DNA of 64,000 bases from Alphaproteobacteria bacterium (GTDB lineage Bacteria > Pseudomonadota > Alphaproteobacteria > Rs-D84), in contig JAKSTC010000004.1 of the NCBI GenBank assembly GCA_024402765.1, positions 541 through 64,540 of the forward strand, given 5' to 3'. The position numbers and the translations under genes were made by a program. Positions within the stretch are counted from its first letter, which is position 1, and each line of letters opens with the position of its first letter. A model generated the notes under the pieces. The model was given only the letters and a program-made list of their open reading frames with translations. It searched no databases and was not told the DNA's origin. Below, piece by piece: positions 56,980 through 64,000 of this stretch.

Positions 56980-57797
56980 AATTTATATCTGTCATCATGT
57001 ATAACAACGGTTGCCTTTCTGCGCAGTTGTTTTAATTGTTGTTCTGCCAGGAACATTGCCTGTTTATAAATTGTGTTTTGTTTTATAATATCATCCAGTT
57101 TGCCGTATTCATCTGTCTTTTTTGTGTCGCATATTAACAATACAGAATTATCAACGCGTTTGGACCATGTAAGTAAGGGCAGGTCAGCAACGCGATTACG
57201 CATATCTGTTGATAGTTCGTATTGCAGTGCTGTAAATTTTTGTGGTGCGCCCCCTAAATCTTGTGCCATTTTTATCGCATCATCACATGTATTTGGTTTG
57301 GTTAATTTGTTTGCGACATCTTGCGGAATATCAACCAGACGCACCAATGTCATTTCAATCGGCAGTCCGTGTTCGCGTGCAATAGCTACAGTTTCTTCTT
57401 GGATATCTTTGTCAGAAATATCAACCATTGGAACGATTGTTCGGGCGACAATAACCTGCCATGCTATGTCTGCACGAATAGCCTGTCGTGCAATTGCTAA
57501 CTCAGATTCTGATAAATCTGTCATTTTCATATTTTCAAGTTCACTGTTTGCATCTTTATCTGTTGGTTTAACACCAAAATTTGCCGCATATTCTAACTTG
57601 ACATGGTCATCAATAATGTTTTGCAAGGCAATACGACGATTGTCGGTGGATGTTTTTCCCTGGCGTGTCATTAACTGTGTGCGTGCAGTTATATCAGTAT
57701 CGGTTACTGGTGTTCCATTAATGGTCGCAACAACCGTTGCCCCATATACAGATACAGTTGCACATATACCAAATAAAAAAGTTAATAATTTTTTCAT
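56976..57797 (-). CDS. surA: SurA-like periplasmic chaperone
   Basis: VVATINGTPVT, LKQLRRKATV C-terminus; lies directly after lptD. Confidence 0.7.
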   Translation of the reverse strand: MKKLLTFLFGICATVSVYGATVVATINGTPVTDTDITARTQLMTRQGKTSTDNRRIALQNIIDDHVKLEYAANFGVKPTDKDANSELENMKMTDLSESELAIARQAIRADIAWQVIVARTIVPMVDISDKDIQEETVAIAREHGLPIEMTLVRLVDIPQDVANKLTKPNTCDDAIKMAQDLGGAPQKFTALQYELSTDMRNRVADLPLLTWSKRVDNSVLLICDTKKTDEYGKLDDIIKQNTIYKQAMFLAEQQLKQLRRKATVVIHDDRYKL

Positions 57798-57812
57798 TTC
57801 TCTTTCCTTTTA

Positions 57813-59843
57813 TTAATATTGTTGACCATCAATTGTGATTCCAAATTTGAATTGGAATGTTGTGTTTCCAATATAATCTTCCTTGACCGCGTTATCACGC
57901 CGGTATGACAATGCCAAATAATAACAAGGATGATTATAGAATATGCCACCAGAATGTTGTTGGAAAGTTTTTAATGTAGCATTGTATATGGAATTAAATT
58001 TTAAAGATATACGGTCTGTTACCTGAATACCGACCCCCGCCATCAATTCGTTTATATCATCGTCACGTGTTTGCAGGTCAATAAATTGTTGTGCCCAAAT
58101 ATGTCCAACATTAATATAATTTCGTGCTGTTCCAATTTTAGCAGATGTTTCAACATGGTTCAGCGAAAAATTATCTCGCGACAAACGAAAACGAGTTTTA
58201 AGGTCAATCCATTTTAAATTGCTATATTCAACACGACCGACAAAATCAGATGCACCGTTATGAAATCCACTGTTTGGGTCTGTATCTGCGCGTTCAATAA
58301 AATCATAAGATTGACCAACAAACACAGAAATATTGTTGTTTGTATTAAATGCGGACCACTGTGCACCATAATCTGCAAATGTTCCGTTTTCCCATAAATC
58401 AAACCCAGAAAAACGATTGTCAGAAAATAGAATTGCGTCAGATAATAATGCACCTGCAGAATCATTGTTTAATAAAAATAATTCATTGTCCAGATGTGGC
58501 ATAATCGTTAAACGCGCACGCGGTTCAATAACATGTGTCCAATTTTCAGATGGGTTAAATAAAGGCAACCCCCATTCAACATAACCGCTGGGTAAGAATC
58601 TGGATTTAATACCGGTAAACTGTGTATCATCTATCATTTGTGTTTTATCAAAATTATATATGTCATATCGTGCATCCAAACTAACCGTAACACGATTGCC
58701 ACCCCACAATGTCCATGGGGATACAATGCGGGCATCACCAATTAATCTTTGCATATCGGTTTGATCGCCGGCAACCCCTAATACATCAGCATTAAATAGG
58801 GCGTATGTTTCTTTAAAAAATGGGTTGGTTTGATATACGCCACGAATGTTTGGTAGAATGTCACCCGAAATAGTGGTTATATTACCCCTTTCATAAGTTC
58901 CACTGGTGGTTAAATCTTGGAATATATGTGCGTCTGCAACAGCATAACTGGTTTGCCCGAATAATTCAACCCTGGCCCCGGAATCAAGATATGGTTTATA
59001 ATTTTCAAATCCGTATTTTTGTAAATAAGTTTTATCAGATGTTCTTTCTAAAAACACACTGGCGCGTGCATATTGCCCCAGTTCAAAAACATCGTTATGA
59101 AATATTGCCCAACGATCTTTACCTTCGCGGTTATGGGTAAAAGAACCGTTTGTTCTAAATTCACCATGTGCGATATTTAATCTGTGTTCCAACTGAAATA
59201 ATGGGTTTTCTTTTGTTAAATATGATAATGTTGCAGTTAAATCGTGTGAATCTGATATTGAAATATACACAGGTAAATTTATTTGTGTTCCCATATTGTT
59301 CGTTGATTGCAAGTCTGGCATTAATATGCCAGTTTTATGTTTAACTGATGGGTCTGGCATTTGATAATATGGTAACCACAGAACAGGCACAGTGTTGTAT
59401 ATCCATAATACAGGATTACGAAAATACAACATGTGTGTATAGTTGTTTTGTTTAATGGTTGTTGCATGGATTTCCCATGCATTTCCTATTTTATCGCAAT
59501 CATAACATACGGTAAATTTAGCATCTTTTGCAATAGTCATATTGTCTTCGCGTTCAATGCTGTCTGCAAAAACATATACATTACTACCTAACCATAATTC
59601 AATATTGTTGCCAGAAAACGTTCCGTCTGTTTTAGAAATATTTGAATTGTTCAGTTTTAATGTCTGACCATTTTCATTTTTGATTTCTGTTTTCCCAATC
59701 GTGGAAATGGTTTTTGATTTCACATCATATTCAATTTTGTCTGCTGTGATTGTTTTTGGAGTATTTGAATCGACCGACAATACTGCAAATGCAGGTTCAC
59801 AAGCAACTAGAATTATCAAAAGATTAATCAGCTTTATTTTCAT
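57813..59843 (-). CDS. lptD: LPS assembly protein LptD
   Basis: ITADKIEYD, FTVC..C..W, PVLWLPY, TGILMP, LFSDNRFSGFD. Confidence 0.92.
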   Translation of the reverse strand: MKIKLINLLIILVACEPAFAVLSVDSNTPKTITADKIEYDVKSKTISTIGKTEIKNENGQTLKLNNSNISKTDGTFSGNNIELWLGSNVYVFADSIEREDNMTIAKDAKFTVCYDCDKIGNAWEIHATTIKQNNYTHMLYFRNPVLWIYNTVPVLWLPYYQMPDPSVKHKTGILMPDLQSTNNMGTQINLPVYISISDSHDLTATLSYLTKENPLFQLEHRLNIAHGEFRTNGSFTHNREGKDRWAIFHNDVFELGQYARASVFLERTSDKTYLQKYGFENYKPYLDSGARVELFGQTSYAVADAHIFQDLTTSGTYERGNITTISGDILPNIRGVYQTNPFFKETYALFNADVLGVAGDQTDMQRLIGDARIVSPWTLWGGNRVTVSLDARYDIYNFDKTQMIDDTQFTGIKSRFLPSGYVEWGLPLFNPSENWTHVIEPRARLTIMPHLDNELFLLNNDSAGALLSDAILFSDNRFSGFDLWENGTFADYGAQWSAFNTNNNISVFVGQSYDFIERADTDPNSGFHNGASDFVGRVEYSNLKWIDLKTRFRLSRDNFSLNHVETSAKIGTARNYINVGHIWAQQFIDLQTRDDDINELMAGVGIQVTDRISLKFNSIYNATLKTFQQHSGGIFYNHPCYYLALSYRRDNAVKEDYIGNTTFQFKFGITIDGQQY

Positions 59844-60898
59844 TTTTTATGCAATGCAAACATTACCCCACATAAAACAAGAATAACAATTATGAATAAA
59901 ATTGCAAATTCATAAACATGTTCAATCATATTGGATGCAGACATAAAAGACGCCATTACTATCGCCATCGCAATCACAGATAAAATTGGTGCAAAACTGG
60001 CCCGTCTGCGTAATAAAGATGCCTTTAATAAAATTAGTGTACAAAGTGTTGCAAGTATCAGATTCATAAATGGAGCTAGCAATCTAGTTGATAGTTCGGA
60101 TAAAATAACCTTATGCTGATGCATGTCTGGGGCATCACGCAGATTTTTTATCAGTATAAATGTCGGAATTCTGCGAACACGAAAAGAATTTTCATTTTCT
60201 TTTTCTGCAACGTTTAAATCCATATCAAAAGATTCAAATGTTCCAGTGGTAAGGCTGTCACCCATAGATTGTAAAGAACCATTGGACATAACAATGGATA
60301 AACCGCGCATTGTTGATACTAACTTGCCTTTTTCTGCAAAAATAATCATTTCATTTGTTTTGTCGCGTGTGTCAGACAACATCAATTGTGACATATCATG
60401 ACCGGATACCTTGTCAACATATACAACCAAGTCGTTAGTTAATTCAGTAAAGGCAGATTCTTGTAATTTTAGATGTGCCAAACCATATCGCAGATTCCAT
60501 TGAGTGTTATAAAATTGTGCCTGACTGATAGGAACAACCCAAATGTTTAAGGCTAAATGACATACTGTCATAATCGTCGCCAATAAAATTGCAGGACGGG
60601 CAATTTGCGCGGGCGACAGACCAGATGCCGCCAAAACAGAAACCTCATTATCAGCAATCATTTTGTTATAGACAAAAATTACTACAATAAATGTTACAAA
60701 CGGTATAACAATAGATGCAATAAAAGGCAGCATCAATGCGGTTAAACCAATAAAATCACCAAAATTCACACCGTATGTCATCAAGAATTTCATCATGGAC
60801 ATGACTTCCATCATCCATGCCAATCCTGTTAGGATAAGCAATAACATAACGAATATAACAATCAATTGGCGCGAAAAATATCTGTTTATAATTTTCAT
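59840..60898 (-). CDS. lptF: LPS export permease LptF/LptG family (LptF-like)
   Basis: IINRYFSRQL, DNEVSVLAASGLS...IARP, IIFAEKG, ELSTRL. Confidence 0.8.
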   Translation of the reverse strand: MKIINRYFSRQLIVIFVMLLLILTGLAWMMEVMSMMKFLMTYGVNFGDFIGLTALMLPFIASIVIPFVTFIVVIFVYNKMIADNEVSVLAASGLSPAQIARPAILLATIMTVCHLALNIWVVPISQAQFYNTQWNLRYGLAHLKLQESAFTELTNDLVVYVDKVSGHDMSQLMLSDTRDKTNEMIIFAEKGKLVSTMRGLSIVMSNGSLQSMGDSLTTGTFESFDMDLNVAEKENENSFRVRRIPTFILIKNLRDAPDMHQHKVILSELSTRLLAPFMNLILATLCTLILLKASLLRRRASFAPILSVIAMAIVMASFMSASNMIEHVYEFAILFIIVILVLCGVMFALHKK

Positions 60899-61006
60899 AC
60901 TGCTTAGTATAAATCTCAAAAGCGCGACCGTCAAATATAATTATGTTTTTCTTGATTTATTTCGATTCGGTTGTAATAATACACGTGTTCTTAAATAATA
61001 ATTTTA

Positions 61007-61035
61007 AGGGCGGGGTTGAAGAACCCCGCTCTTTC
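61007..61035 (+). promoter_or_regulatory. rimP-leader-like attenuator hairpin upstream of nusA
   Basis: agggcggggtt-gaag-aaccccgctct followed by a weak U tract. Confidence 0.55.
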
Positions 61036-61066
61036 AATAGAAACACTAAACACTAAGGAGATACAG

Positions 61067-62605
61067 ATGTCTTTCGTTTCTATGCCACGTCAAGATTTAT
61101 TAGAGTCTATAAAATCATTGGCCGCTGAAAAAAATATTGATCAAGAAATTGTTTTTGAATCGCTTGAGTCTGCAGTTGCAAAAATTGCGAAACATAAATA
61201 CGGCGAAGAATTTAATATCGTTGCAAATATTGACCGTAAAAATGGTGCAATAAATGTTAAACGTTTGTTTGAGGTTATAGAATCCCCAGAATCCAAAGGT
61301 GAAGAATATGACCCAAATACAATGTTAACAGTTGCCCAAGCTAAAAAGTATTCTGAATCCCCTGTTGTTGGTGATGTTGTCGAAGATGCTTTGCCAGAAC
61401 CAGAATTTGGTCGTATGGCATTTCAAACTGCGCGTCAAATTATGACGGGTCGTGTTCGTGATGCAGAAAAAGGTATTCAATACGAAGAATTTAAAGATAA
61501 TGTCGGCGATATAATTAGTGGTGTTGTCAAACGTGTAGAATATGGTTGTTTGTATGTTGATATTAACGGCAAGGCAGAAGGCTATATTAAAAATTCTGAA
61601 TTAATCCCTGGTGAACGTTTGGCGGCGGGGGATCGTATTCGTGCATTGATTATGGATGTTGAACGTTCTAATTCGGGCCCACAAATCTTTTTGACACGTA
61701 GCCACCCATTGTTTATGGAAAAGTTGTTTTTCCAAGAAGTGCCAGAAATATATGAAGGCCTTATTAAAATTAAATCAGTGGCACGTGCACCGGGCTCTCA
61801 TGCTAAAGTCGCAGTGGAAACCCAGGACCCATCTATTGATGCAGTAGGTATGACTGTTGGTATAAAGGGGACACGTATTCAACCTGTGATAAACGAATGT
61901 CATGGCGAAAAGATTGATGTTATTTTGTATTCCGAAGATCCGGCTGTGTTTATCGTTAATGCGATGCAGCCTGCAAAAATTGCAAAAATTATTGTTGACG
62001 AAGATACACATACCGCATATGTGGTTGTCACCGAAGATCAACAATCTTTGGCTATTGGTCGTCGTGGTCAAAATGTGCGCCTGGCTTCACAATTAACAGG
62101 CTGGAATATAGAAGTCTTGCTTGAAAGTGAAGAACAAGAACGTCGTGCTAGAGAAGTTAAAGAAAAAACAGAATTGTTTATTGGGGCTTTGGATGTCGAT
62201 GATATGATTTCCCATTTGTTGATTACAGAAGGTTTCAGAACCGTTGAAGAAATCGCATTTGTTGATGTTAAAGAACTTGAATCTATTGAAGGATTTAACG
62301 CTGAATTAGCATCTGAATTACAGCAACGTGCCAAGAATTATTTAGCAAAACAGGAACAAGAATATCATGATCATGGTCATGAAATGGGAATGTCTGATGA
62401 TTTGCTGAATTTTGATTTTATCAAGCGTCCAATAATCATGAAATTGGGCGAAAACGGAATCAAAACATTGTCAGATTTAGCTGATTTAGCGTCTGACGAA
62501 TTGATTGAAATTCTGGGCGAAGATACAATGTCTGAACGTCTGGCCAATCGTGTTATTATGAAGGCACGTGAAATTGCATATGGTATTTCGCAAGAGGAAG
62601 AGTAA
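61067..62605 (+). CDS. nusA: Transcription factor NusA
   Basis: FGRMAFQTARQ, S1 domain, ARAPG, SLAIGRRGQNVRLASQLTGW, acidic repeats; AAGGAG RBS. Confidence 0.97.
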   Translation: MSFVSMPRQDLLESIKSLAAEKNIDQEIVFESLESAVAKIAKHKYGEEFNIVANIDRKNGAINVKRLFEVIESPESKGEEYDPNTMLTVAQAKKYSESPVVGDVVEDALPEPEFGRMAFQTARQIMTGRVRDAEKGIQYEEFKDNVGDIISGVVKRVEYGCLYVDINGKAEGYIKNSELIPGERLAAGDRIRALIMDVERSNSGPQIFLTRSHPLFMEKLFFQEVPEIYEGLIKIKSVARAPGSHAKVAVETQDPSIDAVGMTVGIKGTRIQPVINECHGEKIDVILYSEDPAVFIVNAMQPAKIAKIIVDEDTHTAYVVVTEDQQSLAIGRRGQNVRLASQLTGWNIEVLLESEEQERRAREVKEKTELFIGALDVDDMISHLLITEGFRTVEEIAFVDVKELESIEGFNAELASELQQRAKNYLAKQEQEYHDHGHEMGMSDDLLNFDFIKRPIIMKLGENGIKTLSDLADLASDELIEILGEDTMSERLANRVIMKAREIAYGISQEEE

Positions 62606-62644
62606 ATAAAACGCTTAATAAAAAACCAATACAGGAGTATATTA

Positions 62645-64000
62645 ATGGCAACATTAACACTTGGAAAATCAGTAACAGTTGGTGCAGTGCAAAGCAAAAA
62701 AGGCGATGCGGTGTTCGTTGAACGCCGTCGTCGCGTTGTTGTCCCTGGTAGCAATGAATTACGTGAAGAACCTAAAAAAGTTGAAGCTGCACATAATGCG
62801 TCTGATGAAAAGTTACGTGCGGTTTTAGAGGCTGCGCGTGCCCGCGAAGAAGAACGCAAAGCACGTGAAGCCAAAGAGGCCGAAGAACGTAAAGCACGTG
62901 AGGCAGAGATTGCACGTGATGCCGCAGAATATGAACAGGTCAAAGAGCAACTTGCTGCGCGTGAAAAGACAGTTTCTGAATCCGAAGTGGATGAACCTGT
63001 GTTTGATAATATGCCTGTTGCGTCTAAGCGTGCCCAACAATTTAGTAATAATCAGCCATCTTATACCAAGGGGCATAATAACAATGATGATGACGATATT
63101 CGTCCGTCTAAGTTTTCCAAGAAAGATTTCAAGAAAACCGGAAAAATATCTATTCATGACATTGTTATTGGTGGCGAAGACGATGACGATGAAATCGGCA
63201 TTCGTGGTGCGAATCGTCGCCGGTCTGAGGCATCGTTAAAACGTTTCCGTGAAAAGGCGCGCGCGGTGTTTTCTGCTCCACAAAAGGTTTCGCACGAGGT
63301 TACCCTGGGCGACACAATAACCGTCAAAGATTTGGCGGCTGCGATGGCTGAAAAGGTTGGTAACGTTATCAAAAAATTAATGGAAATGGGTATGATGGCG
63401 TCCCAAAATCAGACGATTGATGCCGATACCGCAGAATTAATTGCAACTGAATTTGGCGCAACTGTAAAACGTGTTGATACAAAGCCATACGCGGACCAGT
63501 TGGATAGACAACCTGACCCCGCAAAATTAACACCGCGTGCACCGGTTGTAACGGTGGTGGGACATGTTGACCATGGTAAGACATCGCTTTTGGACGCGTT
63601 TCGTAATGCAAATGTTGTTGCAGGCGAAGCGGGTGGAATTACCCAACATATTTCTTCGTATGAGGTAAAGACCAAGTCTGGTGCGATAATAACATTTTTG
63701 GATACGCCGGGACATGAAACATTTACAGCGATGCGTGCGCGTGGTGCCCAAATGGCAGATATTGTTGTTTTGGTTGTTGCGGCGAACGATTCCATTATGC
63801 CCCAGACCATAGAGGCAATACATCATATTCGTGCTGCAAATGTTCCGTTTATTGTTGCGATTAACAAGATTGATTTACCAGAAGCAAATCCGCAACGTGT
63901 GAAAACTGATTTATTACAGCAAGAAGTTCAGGTTGAAGAAATGGGTGGCGATGTTCAATGTGTTGAAATCTCTGCCAAGAACAAGACAAATCTGGACAAA
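62645..64000 (+). CDS. infB: Translation initiation factor IF-2 (partial, runs off the window)
   Basis: ATG at 62645 with AGGAG RBS; in frame with [30 protein letters not shown]. Confidence 0.96.
   Translation, partial: MATLTLGKSVTVGAVQSKKGDAVFVERRRRVVVPGSNELREEPKKVEAAHNASDEKLRAVLEAARAREEERKAREAKEAEERKAREAEIARDAAEYEQVKEQLAAREKTVSESEVDEPVFDNMPVASKRAQQFSNNQPSYTKGHNNNDDDDIRPSKFSKKDFKKTGKISIHDIVIGGEDDDDEIGIRGANRRRSEASLKRFREKARAVFSAPQKVSHEVTLGDTITVKDLAAAMAEKVGNVIKKLMEMGMMASQNQTIDADTAELIATEFGATVKRVDTKPYADQLDRQPDPAKLTPRAPVVTVVGHVDHGKTSLLDAFRNANVVAGEAGGITQHISSYEVKTKSGAIITFLDTPGHETFTAMRARGAQMADIVVLVVAANDSIMPQTIEAIHHIRAANVPFIVAINKIDLPEANPQRVKTDLLQQEVQVEEMGGDVQCVEISAKNKTNLDK

Noticed and set aside
15381-63826. 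Numerous antisense or overlapping ORFs in the track (e.g. 32271-32957, 56384-57004, 57073-57816, 62377-62943, 62838-63239)
   Set aside because: Shadow frames of well-supported genes, with no motifs or RBS.
1-64000. Alternative genetic code
   Set aside because: Conserved genes translate full length under code 11, with TGA and TAG used as stops.

Overview
Low-GC bacterial chromosomal window. The gene set (rpoH, DUF4167, zinc-ribbon/DUF3426, YfgM-BamB, lptF-lptD-surA) points to an alphaproteobacterium, and the style suggests an uncultured host-associated lineage such as Rs-D84 (inference). From left to right: the end of a surface-glycan cluster (1-5790); an orphan phage tail-fibre-like gene behind two leader terminators; a ~7.6 kb island next to tRNA-Val(TAC) with a tyrosine integrase, a fused C5 DNA methyltransferase and an HUH Rep-like gene; then ~49 kb of mostly housekeeping genes (pnp, der, rsmE, infC, pal, parAB-rsmG, gpsA, xseB-mutS-truB-rpsO, rpoH, lpxD, rluD, skp, dnaX, rlmN, surA, lptD, lptF, nusA, infB) with a solitary VirD4-like gene and four prepilins. 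The most notable signal is a pair of homologous, covarying ~250-270 nt structured leaders (32978-33220 +, 39017-39289 -). They have the architecture of phage P1 C4 / P4 CI antisense RNAs, each carries a different self-complementary code, and each precedes a different secreted Cys-rich protein outside any prophage. A second notable signal is a variant parS-like palindrome (ATTTCATATGAAAT, two copies, each beside an IHF consensus) accompanied by substitutions in the ParB recognition helix. All family assignments come from motif recognition by eye; no searches were run.
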